DNA of 64,000 nucleotides from Octopus sinensis (lineage: Eukaryota), in NCBI RefSeq assembly GCF_006345805.1, contig NC_043013.1:1240001-1304000 (forward strand). The letters run 5' to 3'. A program made the translations under genes and the position numbers. The notes under the pieces were generated by a model. It was not told where the DNA came from and did not search any database. It saw only the letters and a list, made by a program, of their open reading frames with translations. Each line of letters begins with the position of its first letter. Within the stretch, counting starts at the first letter, position 1. Positions 51,020 to 64,000 of this stretch are shown here, in pieces.

Positions 51020-51539
51020 GTTTGTATTAAAATATCTCTAAAAATATTTGTTCCTCTATTTAATCATCTTTCATTCTAGAAGTTTCTATTTTATTTTAAT
51101 ATAATCTTCCTTTTTTTTATACACTTACACCTCAGATACAAACATCAGTAATAAACATATTTATACGAGTGTGGCTGATGCCAGTGCCACCTGTCTGGCA
51201 CCTGTGCCGGTGTCATGTAAAAAGCACCATTCGAGCATGGCTGATGCCAGTGCCACCTGACTGGCACCTGTGCTGGTGGCACACAGAAAGTACCATTTGT
51301 GTGTGGCCGAAGCCAGTGCTGCCTCACTGGCACCTGTGCCATGGCGCATAAAAACCACCTACTATACTCTAGGAGTGGTTGGCATTAGGAAGGGCATCCA
51401 GCCATAGAAACCAGATTGGAGCCTGGTGCAAAATCTCAGCTTGCCAGTTCTCAGTCAAGCCGTCCAACCCATGCCAGCATGGAAAATGGATGTTAAATGA
51501 TGATGTCACATTCCAGGGAGAAAAACTACAAGTAGTTGA

Positions 51540-52890
51540 TAGCTTCTGTTAGCTAGGGGAGCAAATCAGTAGCGGGAGTGGATGCTCTGAAAGTGTAGCT
51601 GCTAGAATAAGAATAGCCTGGGCAAAGTTCAGAGAGCTCCTACCTCTGCAGGAGACAAAGGGCCTCTTGGTCAGAGTAAAAGGTAGACTGTATGACGCAT
51701 GTGTATGAACAACCATGCTACATGGCAGTGAAACATGGAATGAAGCCAGTATGTTCTGATGGATGTGTAAAGTCAGTGTGCATACACGACAGAGTAAGCG
51801 CCCTGAGAGAAAATTTGGATTTAAGAAACATCACATGTGGTGCGCATGAGAGATTGCACTGGTATGGTCAAGTGTTGCGAATGAATGAGGACAGCTGTGT
51901 GAGAAAGTGTCACACTCTAGCATTTGAGGGAACCTGTAGAAGAGGTAGACCCAGGAAAACCTGGGATGAGGTGGTGAAGCACAACCTTCGAACATTGAGC
52001 CTTATCAAGGCAATGATTAGTGACCGAGACCTATGGAGATATGCTGTGCTTGAGAAGACCCGACAAGCCAAGTGAGACCATAACCATTGGACTATGCCAG
52101 TGGGCGTAACCAGACCACTTATGAGTACCCCTCATTCATTGGACAATAAACTTTGCTTGTGAAGACCTGTTGAGGCAAGTGAAATCAAATCAAAATCAGT
52201 GACATGGCCGATGACAGTGCCACCTGATAGGCGAGCTGGCAGAAACGTTAGCACTCTGGGTGAAATGCTTACCAATATTTCGACTGCCGCTACGTTCTGA
52301 GTTCAAATTCCGCCGAGGTTGACTTTGCCTTTCATCCTTTTGGGGTCGATAAATTAAGTACCAGTTAAGCACTGGGGTTGATGTATTCGACTTAATCCGT
52401 TTGTCTGTCCTTGTTTGACCTCTCTGTGTCTAGCCCCTTGTGGGTAGTAAAGAAATAGATAGGCACTCATGACAGTGGAACATAAAAAGCACATCTGAGC
52501 GTGATTGTTGCCAGGGCCACGAATTAGCTCCCGTGCCAGTAGCACATAAAAAGCACCATTTGAGTGTGATCGTTGCCAGCATCTCCTTACTGGCACGTGA
52601 AAAACAGCATTCAAGTGTGGTCATTGCCAGTGCCACCGGACTGGCTCCCATGCAGGTGGCACATAAAAATCACCCTTTGAGCATGATCGTTGCCAGAACT
52701 GCTGATTGGTCCTCATGCCGGTGGCACGTAAAAGCACCCACTACACTCTCAGAGTGGTTGGTGTTAAGAAGAGCATCCAGCTGTAGAAACTTTGCCAGTT
52801 CAGACTGAGCCTGGTGCAGCCTCTGGCTCACCAGTCCTCAGTCAAACCGTCCAACCCATGCCAGCATGGAAAGTGGACATTAAACGACGA
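51540..52890 (+). mobile_element. Degenerate RTE-LINE 3' portion (ORF remnant to 52075) with a family-B SINE inserted at 52229-52458
   Basis: HERLHWYGQVLRMNEDSCVRKC...GRPRKTWDEVVKHNLRTL; frameshifted upstream; continues into the same 3' UTR and GAT tail; gataggc repeated at the SINE edges. Confidence 0.85.
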
Positions 52891-53320
52891 TAATGATGAT
52901 ATATATGTATATGCGTGTGTGTATGTTTGTGTATCTGTATTTGTGCCCCCAACAACTGATGCTGGTGTGTTTACGTCCCTGTAACTTAGCGGTTTGGCAA
53001 AAGAGACCGCTATAATAAGTACGAGGCTTACAAAGAATAAGTCCTGGGGTCAATTTGTTCAACTAAAGGCAGTGCTCCAGCATGGCCACAAATGACTGAA
53101 ACAAATAAAATACAAGAAATACTTTTTTATGTACCACTCTGAAATCAATAGTATTGATTAGTCATTGATAAATGTTTCTGATTTCAAAAGTCCAAACAAT
53201 TCTCTCTGTTTATTTTGTTAGTGAATTGTCTAAAACTAGTTACTATCATCCAAGTGGATCTGCTGAGAGCATTTTCTTTTTAAAATAGAATTTGTTTCAA
53301 TGTATTATTGTATATTTCAG

Positions 53321-53389
53321 ATAGTTATTGAAAATGGAACAAATTCCGGTTTTCAGTTGATATCTGAAGTAAGAGACACCATCTTAAAG
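53321..53389 (+). CDS. METTL17: METTL17 exon 10
   Basis: IVIENGTNSGFQLISEVRDTILK (cf. [21 protein letters not shown]); acceptor atttcag|, donor AAG|GTAAGC. Confidence 0.92.
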
Positions 53390-55389
53390 GTAAGCTTTTT
53401 TTTAACAATCATCTTTAACTCTTTCATTACTGTATTTCTGTTGAGATGCTCTCTGTTCCTTTCAATTAATTTAAAATATAATAAAGAATTTAGTAAAATG
53501 ACTTAGTTATCATTAAGATAGTGTTAGGAACATAAATTGTGACTAAGGTTTGGTGGAAAATTTTAATTCAAAACTTATGAAAATAAGACATTTGTACTAC
53601 AGAGCCAGGGACGGTTTCAGCAGGGTTGGTAACAAAACGGTTAAATGTATTTATTTTGATTAGAAATTTTCGAGTAGTTTTTTATTTTTTCTTTAGCTTT
53701 TTTTAGAGTTGCTTCTTTGTATGCAGTATAAAAAGAAGAAATGAGAAATTAAGAGCCAACTATGGTTATATGAATCATAATTCAAGAGATGTAGATATTG
53801 ATGGAATCATTAAAAGACATAGTTGGGCATTTTAAGACACAAGGTTAGCACTAATTTGCTAACGAAGCCTTAAACTTGCCTTATTCAGCCTAGCTGAAAC
53901 AGTTGAGTCAGTGTTTCTTTTTCAAAGCTGCTCTGTTCCTGGTATCATGGAAAAATATTGTAATAATTGGTTTCTGATTTTGGCACAATGCCATCAATTT
54001 TAGGGGAAGCAGCAAGTCGATTACTTTGATCCAGTACTAAACTGCTACTTTATTGACCCTGAGTGCCAGCCCAGTCAAACCGTCCAACGCATGCCAGCAT
54101 GGACAACAAATGGTTCTCCTTCATTAACTTTTAATGTACATTTATCAAAAATTTAAAATTAAGACATGACTATGTGGCATTGATAAGCTGCAATGACAGT
54201 GAAATACATATCTGTTATTCTTGGAGCAATGATGGTTGGATGAGAAGCAAAGTCAACTGTGGTGGAATTTGAACTCAGAAAGTAATGAGTTGAGAGAAAT
54301 ATTGTCAAGGATTTTGTCCAAAGTGCGAATGAGAGAAAAGCTATTTTGAAAAGTATTTAGGTTGGAAAGTTGACCTGGATGGTAGGATGTTGGAGGAAAT
54401 GTCTTACGATATGCAGTTTTATCTCTACATTCTACCAGATAATGTTGTTAAATGCATCTTTCTACAATTGCATTTGGTTGTTGGGCAGACATTATCCAAT
54501 TATTTTAAATCTAAGCCTGTTCAATGTTTCAAGTGTTTAGACACCAGTTTGGTTAAACTTGAAAGATGAAGTAACCAAGAAGAAATGGTGCTTTTAAAAG
54601 TAACATTATTTATTCTTGTAGATATATTATGGATAAAACTTTGTGATAGTAGAAAGATTTGAATGCATAATTATGTGGTCAGCAGTCCAACATCTTTATC
54701 AGGCATGTGTTATAATTTGCCTTAAGATCTAAACTTTATGAATAAAGAGATGTACTTGCATAGCAAGTGACCTGATCTGGGATCGTGTGCTGAAACAAAA
54801 ACAATTGCAGCGTGGAAGGTGTTTATAAGCCATTTAAAAGCACACAAAAACTGTTAGATTCATTTCGACATTTAAATTTATTTTGTCATAATATTTTCGC
54901 CGCTTTGAGACCGTGACCTGTTCACAGACAAAATTCCGTACTGCATTGGAAATATTCCAATTGCATTGAAACTACAGCTTGGCTTAGATTTCCAGCTAGA
55001 GTAGGCATTTTGTTAATTTAAACTGCATTAATATTTTTGATATTATGTAGATGTAATGTCAGCAACTTCTTGGTTCTCCTTCATTAACTTTTAATGTACA
55101 TTTATCAAAAATTTTAAATTAAGACATGACTACGTGGCATTGATAAGCTGCAATGACAGTGAAATACATATGTGTTATTCTTGGAGCAATTTTGTTTGGC
55201 CTAGTTCTGAAGTATGTTGTGTTTTTTAATGCAATACATCTATAAAGGGATTTTTCCTAGAAGAAAGCCGCAGCCTCTGACTTTTCAACTACACATTTAC
55301 ATGATGTATTTTATATTGATTGTTTTTACTGTAGAACTGCTTCTGTTGCATAATTCAAGATGTATATATATATGTTTTTTTCTCTTTAG

Positions 55390-55431
55390 AGAAACTCTGA
55401 ATCATCAGATGAGGCTACAGTATTCTCTCCT
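55390..55431 (+). CDS. METTL17: METTL17 exon 11
   Basis: RNSESSDEATVFSP (cf. GFVFAP immediately before CPH); acceptor tctctttag|, donor CCT|GTAAGT. Confidence 0.82.
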
Positions 55432-57200
55432 GTAAGTATAGTGTTGTGGCCTTAATGTTTTTCAGTTGTTGTTAGTTTATTATTTAGCACTGATATAATA
55501 TGTAATGTGTTCTTTTCCATTCTTGTGAATAATAACTAAATCAGTTGATTATATTTTATGTCACCTTTATTTAAATCCAGAAAAAAAAATGATTTTTCAC
55601 CAAGACTAAGGGTTTGGTGGAGGTATGGTGCAGCAAACAATCTCCCCCCACCACACACAAGGGTTGGGGGTTTGGTTTGAAAATCATAAAATCTATTTAT
55701 TTTTTAAAAGTGGTATGGACATTTTTTCTCTCTACTTCATGTTTTCAATAAAGACCAGAAAATATGTATCTGTTGATGTGTGATGAATGTAATTCACTCC
55801 ATCATTCTAATATTTAAACTTTTATCTCAAAACTAACAATAAATCAACAATTTTGTTAATCTTTGGTTAGTTTCATTCGTTTAGTTTGTAATGAAGAATT
55901 TTGTTGCTTTAGGTCTTTCGCAGAACTTGATCTACCTCTGACCACTTTGTTCATTGGAAGTACCAAAATACGAAAGGGCCGTTTCATGATTGCTTATTTC
56001 AAACTAGCATTTCCTTCGGCTGTTCATGTTCTGAGTTCAAATTCCACTGAAGCTGACTTTGTCTTTCATCCTTTCGGGGTTGATAAAATAAGTACCAGTT
56101 GCACACTGGGGGGGTGAAGGAATTGACTTATCTACAGCTGGGTCTGAGTATAAAAACTGCATCGGTTTGCCAAACCATGTCATACCAATGTGGCAGAGTA
56201 GGCTCATCAAAACAGTGTGAGGGTCTCAAATTCATCAGACCGTGAAGGCCATGTGGTTGGCAGTGAGAGCATACTGAGGCCTCTGTCCTGCTCTGGACTG
56301 AACATGGTTAATACAATCCAATCCATTTTGAAGTGGTCTCTACAGGTTTCCATGATTACATATTTTCACAGAATCACTCTTTATATAAACGCAAATTGCA
56401 CAAGCCACCACTTGTTAAATTAATTATTGTTGGGTGTGTTTGTCTTTTTATTTTTTAAGTCAGAAGGTAAGAGCAGTGTCAGTGGCACTTAATGAGACCC
56501 CTGAAATGGTGGAAGGCAAGGAAGAAAGTACACTCAAACCAAAGACCTGACCCGAATCCTTGCAACAGAGATTTCAAAATGTAAAGAGCACTGGTGATAG
56601 TGCCACTTGAAAAGCACCCAGTACACTCTGTAAAATGGCTGGTGTTATGAAGAGCATCCAGCTGTAGAAACCATGCCAAAACAGACAGTGGAACCTGGTC
56701 CAGCTCCTGTCAAACTGTCTAACCCATGTCAGCATAGAAAATGAACGTTAAATGATGATGATGATGATGCTGAAGTACCACAAGGAATATCCTCTTAGTC
56801 CAACATTCCTGCTGGTCCACCCCTCTACATTTGTACTTTATTTATCAACTCTTGAAGGATTAAAGGCAAAGTTGATTTTGGCAGATTTTGAGCTCAGAAC
56901 ACAAAGTCATCATTATGACAAGTTTAAAATGCTAACTATCATATATTTATACTCTGTATTAAATACTTATTATTATCATTTCTACCCAGAATTGCAATCT
57001 CCAGAATCTGTTCACATTTTCCTTCCATGCATCACCTTAGAGAAGTTTCTGGTGAACATCAACTTTATCAATCTCACTAGTCAGGAGAGGTTGAATGGTT
57101 GCCTCTTCTCTGATAAAATATTGGAAAAAAATTTTCTTTCTATGTCTTACTTATGAAACATTTAGATAACATTTTCTGTCATGATATTTCTTTTATCTAG

Positions 57201-57302
57201 TGCCCTCATGATCTGCCTTGCCCAATGATTAAAGAAAATAAAGAAAGTAAAAAAATCCCTTGTAACTTTCAAGTTACATTCAAACACTTTGATTTTGTCG
57301 CG
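57201..57302 (+). CDS. METTL17: METTL17 exon 12 (Fe-S cysteines)
   Basis: CPHDLPCPMIKENKESKKIPCNFQVTFKHFDFVA; the CPHxxPCP...CxF motif of the Rsm22/METTL17 family; donor GCG|GTAAGC. Confidence 0.92.
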
Positions 57303-58318
57303 GTAAGCATCAATTTGGATGTTTTCAATTCCTTTTATTATTTCAAATATTCAGTTTTTGTTTAGCCTCAGGCTGGCCCAGATGGAGCAGACCAATGATG
57401 AAATGTATTCCATTATTGATCTGTATTCCTCAGTGTTTCCAGGGCTATTTTATCCACTGTCTTAGTGTATGATTTGAGGGAGACTTAGCTACTATTTCTT
57501 GCATGTAGAGTCATCACTTCATTGATTCCTCATTTATTTCATGGTTCTGATTATTCTTTCTGTACCAATAACCTTTATAATCTGGCCTTACATGTTGTAT
57601 CCTTACTCTGAGGTTTTGATAACATAATGAACAACTTTGAACTATTTAATAGTAATTTGCTGGTACTACTTTATTCTCAGTCAAAACCCTCTGTTATGTT
57701 TACCTCTCTACATCTTATTTGCTATTATAACCAAAGCACTGGAAGCAGTATTAGCTCAAAATAGCATTTTGTATACCTTACTTAATGTGGATATACTGTT
57801 GAAAGCTGCAGAATGGCAGTATTTATCCTGAGAAAGCATCTTGTATAGATGTGTAGTGCTAAAAGGCAGATGAAAAGCATCCAGCACTGGTGATGGAATT
57901 ATCAAATCTGAGATTTCTTCATCTTTGCATACCATTGGTAGGAAGTGTCCACTAGCAGACTCATGCTTAGACAAATTTAGCCTTGACTGATATAGAAAAA
58001 CAGTGATTAACAAATTACTTGTGTTGCAAATAACTGGCAGCATTTTCCAACAAGATTCTTTGATTTTTGATAGTCTTCTACAATACTCTTGTATTCCCAT
58101 TAAAACATGTTGCTCTTCAAATTTCCTTCCATCTTAAAAAGTATAAAAACAAATCTTCTAATTTCCAGTCAGGGACAAAATTAGATTTTAAGTAATAAAT
58201 TGTTCGCAATTTCTGAACCAAAATTCGTCTTTTGCTTTACAAGATTTCTGTTTTGTATTTAAAACTGTTGAATATTTCTATTGTTAATTAATATAGTTTT
58301 TGTGCTAATGTTATTCAG

Positions 58319-58382
58319 AAAAACAAGAAAATCACTGAAAGATTTTGCTATATCATTTTACAGAAAGGCAAAAGGAAAGATG
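58319..58382 (+). CDS. METTL17: METTL17 exon 13
   Basis: KNKKITERFCYIILQKGKRKD (cf. KEEKFSMVILARG); acceptor ttattcag|, donor G|GTAAGC. Confidence 0.88.
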
Positions 58383-60113
58383 GTAAGCATTTAAAAATCA
58401 TTTTGAATAATATGAAATGAACTGACATTGTCATCCAATCAAAAGAATTATAAATTAATATTTATATTTGTTCCTAGATCTTGATTGCATTTCTCTTCCT
58501 TTTTTTCAAACAATCCCTCAGCCTCAACGGTTACACACGGTTTACACTCACAGATAAACATGGTGCTGTAATTCTTCATTCATGGAGCTGAAACTTGAGC
58601 AGTAGATAAGAATCTCAGTGGAGAATTGAATTTATTCCTTCATTACCAGCAGATGCAGTTATAATCAAAATGTGCCAGCCCAGGCATTGAAACCGTAATC
58701 ATATCATTTCAAATGTTTAATAACAACAGTTACATAGATGAGATTACTGGCGGTCACTCCATTACAATTATTCCATTACTATGAAGTTTACCCCCTTCAT
58801 ATTCAGATTGTCAAATGCAATGGCTGTTTATTAACTTTGTTTGGAACTGATCATGCGTTATCTTGTAGTTTTGAGATTTCAGTGATGTGATTGGTTGTTT
58901 TTAAAATGACAATGCAGGGTAGGTGTGAGTGGCCAGTTTGAAGATAAAACAGGTAGAATATTTTGGTCAGATACGGCCAGTTTAAATGCTGAAAGATTAA
59001 AGTAATACTTTAATCTTGTGGTCTGTGGTGCCAAAGATTCCTACAACTCCAAACTGAGAACTTGATTGGAAGCAAGAAGGAATGAAATCAGTACAGGACT
59101 GGTTAATTATGGCTGAATCATAAGGTTTGGGAATATAGCTACATTTGGCGTGTGTGTTATTGTACTTACATTTGTTTTGTGTACATTTATATTATGGTCC
59201 TGTGGTTGGAAAGACAGCAGTCTGCTGGTGGAGTTCATCCTATTCTAGCTGCCTTTACAAGGAAATTCAGGCTTCAAAGTTTAATTCAGTGGAACAATGA
59301 TTTGGTTACAGTGTCGTGAACTGTAACTCTTTATGCTGTTTGGTAAACTGGAATGTTGTTGTTAGATGTCTTTCACCAGGGCAAAATCTGGTAATGGGTG
59401 GGGGTGAAACAAACAGCATTTTAACTGGTTTAACTAATCTCCCAGTCATATGTATGTACCGTTTATATTTTACTTGTTTCAGTCATTAGTCTGAGACCAT
59501 GCTGGGGCACCGCCTTGAAGGATTTTTAGTTGAACGAATTGACCCCTGTACTTTTGTTTATAAGCCTGTACTTATTCTGTTGGTCTCTTGCTGAACCACT
59601 AAGTTGTGGGGATGTAAACAAACCAATACTGGTTATAAAGTGGTGGTGGGGGACAAGCACAGATGCAAAGGCACACACACACACACGATGAGATTCTTTC
59701 AGTTTCTGTTTACCAAAGCCACTCCTAAAATTTTGGTCAACTCAAGGCTATAGTAGAAGATACTTGCCCAAGGTGCTATGCACTGGGACTGAACTCAGAA
59801 CCATGTGGTTGGGAAGCAACAAGCCATGCCTCTGCCTATCTGTACAACATAAACACACACATATGAATAATGAAATAAAGTATTTATATGTATTTGTGAA
59901 CGTGTGAGCGTATTCATGTTGAGGTGTATATGTGCAATTGTCAGTGTATGTATAGGGATATATGTGAATAGCTCTGTGTATGTGCTGCACCTAATCAAAT
60001 GTGGATACATAAACAGACATTCATATGCACTCAGAAAGAAAGAGTATTTATTAGCTTAGTTGAGGTAATTTTTCTAATTAATTCAGGTTCTATTTTTGTT
60101 GTTGTTGTTCCAG

Positions 60114-60240
60114 TTTTAGGCACCAACTGGCCTAGGATCCTACAGAGCCCTCGTAAACATTCAAAACATATACATTTAAAAACTTGTTGTCCAAATGGAG
60201 AAATCGAACATTCTTTCCTTACAATGAAGAAACATGGAAA
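60114..60240 (+). CDS. METTL17: METTL17 exon 14
   Basis: (V)LGTNWPRILQSPRKHSKHIHLKTCCPNGEIEHSFLTMKKHG(K) (cf. [25 protein letters not shown]); acceptor ttgttccag|, donor AA|GTAAGT. Confidence 0.92.
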
Positions 60241-61763
60241 GTAAGTCTTTGGTTTTATTATATATTGATTAGTTGTGATACCTGTGCAGGTGGCACGTAA
60301 AAAGCACCATCCGAACATGGCCGATGCCAGCACCGCCTTCACCGGCTTCCGTGCTGGTAGCACGTAAAAAGCACCCACTACACTCACGGAGTGGTTAGCA
60401 TTAGGAAGGGCAAGATCAGACTGGAGCCTGGTGCAGCCTCCTGGCTTCCCAGACCCCGGTCGAACCGTCCAACCCATGCTAGCATGGAAAACGGACGTTA
60501 AGCGATGATGATGATGTTTGTCACTCACAACCAAATATGACTTGGTACCAGTATGTACAGTGTGTTTCACCAATGTTTTTTAAGTGTCCATGTAGTTGTG
60601 GACACAAATACCTACCTTCATTGCGGTTGGTTGGAGGGCAGAGATGTTTCAGTTAGATAAATGATTTCACAGTCATTTAAAGTGGTAAAAATTATATTCA
60701 TCTTTTAGTTTAGGAAGTTCCTTTTTCATTATGGTAAGCTTGCAGAATCGTTAGCATGCTGGACAAAATGCTTACTGGTATTTTGCCGGTTTTTACTTTC
60801 CGAGTTCAAATGCTACTGAGATCCACTTTGCCTTTCATCCTTTTAAGGTCCCTTAAATTTTGCTGGCATTGTGCTTGAAATTTGATATCTGAAATCATTA
60901 TGTTGCCATTGACAACAGTGAATGATAACAGAATCAGTGTTAGACAAAATGCCTGTTGTTCTGTCCCTTTTGTTCAATCATTCCAAGAATGAACTTGTAT
61001 TTTATTTTTGGGAATAATCAAGTTGGTTATATTGAAGGGACCATGTCTCCTAAAATGTGTGGCTATGTGCCAAATTTTGGAATTATTCATATAGTGCCAT
61101 TGTAAAATTTTGCCCATTTTGATTATATTTGTCCAAATTCTGAGATTTCAACAAATTCTGAAGTGTTGATATGTCCATTAAACCTCATATTAACAATTCT
61201 CACTAAACACATCTAAAACCTTGGTGTTGGAACAATTTATTAGTTTTGCAGATAAAAGCAATTTTATTACTGCTCCGAGTTCCATGTTTCAAGATTCCTG
61301 TCTATTTTGTTATGAATCACAGAACCGGATGGTATGGACAAAAAACCTAAGCCTCGTGAATATTTCCAAGAACATAATACACCAAAATGACATGTTCTTA
61401 TTAGTATGGCTTATAAGGTGGTGAACTGGCAGAATCATTAGCACTTTGGGTGAAATTCTTAAAAGTATTTCATTTGTCTTTACATTCTGAGTTCAAATTC
61501 TGCCAAGGTCAAATTTGCCTTTCATCTTTTCAGGGTCAATAAAATAAGTACCAGTTGCATGCTGAGGTTGATGTAATCCCTCGAAATTGCTGGCCCTTTG
61601 CCAAAATTTAGAACCAATATGACATAACATTACTAATTTCTTCAGTGATCGTTAAGGTGTCTGTACATCCGTAATTTTATTTCTTTTATTTTATTCTTTT
61701 TACACAATCTTATTTTAAACTTTTTTTTCTTATGGATTAATAATAAAATTCTTTTACTTTCAG

Positions 61764-61956
61764 GGAAGCTTATAAATGTGCATCTTGTTGTAAATGGGGT
61801 GATTTGCTTCCAGTGGCTACACGAGAAAGTCCACAGACTGCATCAGACACCACAAAATCCATACCAAAGACAGAACCTGATACAGAATTAGAGGATAATT
61901 TGAGTGAAAATCACAAAACAGATCTTAATCAGGAAACAAAACAAATTATCTCTTAG
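61764..61956 (+). CDS. METTL17: METTL17 exon 15 (last coding exon)
   Basis: EAYKCASCCKWGDLLPVATRESPQ...QIIS* (cf. DLYRCARVSSWGDLLP); acceptor tactttcag|. The 15 exons sum to 1524 nt = 507 aa plus stop. Confidence 0.9.
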
Positions 61957-62339
61957 TTTAAATTATTTTCAAATTTGTAAACTTTTCTATTAAACCAAAT
62001 AATCCTCACGCTTCTCGTTTTATTCCATTCTTTGTAACCATCCTTTTGATAGTTCGCTTTAGTCTTATTCCTTGAATGCATTCTTGTAATATTGTTTGCC
62101 TCTCATCCTTCCTGCCCCGGCCCTTTTTTTCTGCACACACACTTTTAATATCCACTCATTCTTTCAGTTCACTTTTATTCTATATTGCACATCCAGCATC
62201 TTTGTTTCACTCATTGGACTGTGGCCCGGCTGGAGCACTGCCTCAAAGGGTTTAGTTGGACGAATCAGCCCCATGACTTGCTTTAAATCTGTTACTTATT
62301 CTGTTGGTCTCCTGTTACTGTCAAAGTCTTAGAAGAAGT

Positions 62340-62735
62340 CAGTCTAACTAAGAAGACCTGTTGAGGCAAGTGAGAATCAGAATTGAAATCGATCAACATC
62401 AATGGAAATTGGAGCTGTGATACCAGTGCCGGTGGCACGTAAGCGAACCATCCGAACGTGGCCGTTGTCAGCCTTGCCTGGCCCCCGTGCCAGTGGCACG
62501 TAAAAAGCACCATCTGACCGTGGCCGTTTGCCAGCGCCGTCTGGCACCTGTGCCGGTGGCACGTAAAAAGCACCCACTACACACGGAGTGGTTGGCGTTA
62601 GGAAGGGCATCCAGCCATAGAAACATTGCCAGATCAGACTGGGCCTGGTGCAGCCTTCTGGCTTCCCAGACCCCAGTTGAACCGTCCAACCCATGCTAGC
62701 GTGGAAAGCGGATGCTAAATGATGATGATGATCAT
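62340..62735 (+). mobile_element. RTE-LINE 3' UTR fragment
   Basis: gtggttggcgttaggaagggcatccag...atgctagc..gatgatgat. Further copies at ~1620-1752(-), 6120-6305, 14000-14170(-), 19200-19740, 19755-20000(-), 26400-26730, 28500-28855, 28855-29050(-), 36225-36620(-), 37680-37960(-), 38250-38500(-), 40258-40445(-), 41150-41730, 42245-42485, 49630-49775, 51160-51505, 56575-56770, 60280-60515. Confidence 0.85.
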
Positions 62736-63099
62736 AAGGTAACAAGGACATAAATTAAATCAAATTAACAAGTCACTGTATCCAACAGAAAGTATCCTTG
62801 TGCCGTTTGGTGTTGTCAGACAGCATGTCACATATCTCCTCTGCTCTATGCTGGGTAGAATTTTTGAGACCGACGAAGCAAGACATCTAGTAGCATAGGG
62901 TACTGTGAAAGCTATGCAGAAATTTTTGTTATGGAATCTCTGCTGGGTGGTTGGTGTTGGGAAGGACATCCAGCTGTAAAAATCATGCCAAAACAGTCAC
63001 AGAAGTCTGGTGCAGGCTCCTGCCTGGCTGGCTCCTGTCAAACCAACCCACCCATGCCAGTATAGAAGGCTAGTATGGTGATGATGATGATGAAAAACA

Positions 63100-64000
63100 G
63101 TTCTTCCCAGAGAATAAGACTGGATGCATAGCAATTGGACGAAGCAGGTTCAGGAGTGTTTTAAGCTAATAGTAGAGCTTGGATTCAATAATTGAATGGA
63201 TAATAGCAGAAAGGTTGATGAATCAAGGATGAAAGTCTTCCTTTGGGATCGCTACATCCAATTCCTCTCAGGAGAGAGACTGCTGAGTGAAGGTTGTAGC
63301 AGATTCTTGTCACATTGTCTGAAATAGGTGCTGTAATTCTGCGTTCAGTGCCATAAACTTCAAGTGCAAAGACAGTCCAAGGGACGACCTTTTTGACGTC
63401 AGTAGAGGAGGATATAACATTATTGACAGTGAGGAGCAAACCTGATGACTTATAAGATAAATAGGCTGAAGGGGGGTGGGGGGATCCAACTAAGGCAAAC
63501 TTACATCATGCGGTCTTCACCATTGCATACTTTCCATGCTGGCATGGCTTGGACGATTTGACATGGAGCTGGCTAGCAAGGAGTTGTCCAGACTTCAATT
63601 GTCTGTTGTGGCATGGCTTCCTTTCCCAATGCCAAATTCACACACACCAAAAAAGTGAAAACAAAAAAAAAAAAAAAAAAAACGTGGGAGATACATTGAA
63701 TCAGACTGGGGTGGAATCTTCAATGGAATGCTTCATAGCTTGGGTGGTGAACTTGCATTAGCCTCTGGTGACTCTGGCACCAATTTATCCAGAACCCAGT
63801 TGGTAGATGACAGACTTCCAGGTGACTCACACTACAAACCTCTTGGAGAAGTTGTTTACAGCCACAGGGCATGTGGCCCCATTCTTCTTTCTCAGAACTG
63901 TCAAGTTGGCTGCAAAGAAAAGTTCATGAGCATGGGGGTTGAGATCATTGTGAATGGGTGTTGGTGAGTGTGACAGTCAACTTGAACAGACCTGGTCAGT
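63100..64000. mobile_element. Old, degenerate LINE-like fragments
   Basis: GC-richer, RT/endonuclease-like but stop-riddled sequence; family not resolved. Confidence 0.35.

Noticed and set aside
56752-57156. ORF containing ESVHIFLPC as a possible METTL17 exon before CPH
   Set aside because: The 42 nt exon at 55390-55431 (ATVFSP) has proper splice sites and phase; this ORF lacks a compatible donor.
57756-58100. 114 aa antisense ORF in METTL17 intron 12
   Set aside because: No recognisable domain or splice support; plausible by chance.

Overview
AT-rich, repeat-dense animal genomic DNA. The repeat landscape (tRNA-SINEs, RTE-LINE 3' ends with (GAT)n tails, compound AT/CA microsatellites) suggests an Octopus-type cephalopod; this assignment is an inference. 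Three spliced protein-coding genes were reconstructed by hand. (1) The 5' end of CLASP on the minus strand: first coding exon 9759-9583 plus a probable upstream exon ending at 10920; downstream exons were not found in the window. (2) A complete two-coding-exon TEN1 (telomeric CST subunit, 150 aa) on the plus strand, 23487-27765. (3) A complete 15-exon METTL17/Rsm22 (507 aa) on the plus strand, 34443-61956, with GT-AG introns and consistent phases. Most ORFs in the supplied track are microsatellite or repeat artefacts. The most interesting unexplained signals are: a structured GC-rich island ending in four telomere-like repeats in METTL17 intron 1; a ~340 bp module shared just upstream of both TEN1 and METTL17, with a near-perfect inverted copy; hammerhead-ribozyme motifs, one inside an 83 bp-arm palindrome; and a multi-hairpin element in the TEN1 intron. 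None of these hypotheses could be tested computationally here.
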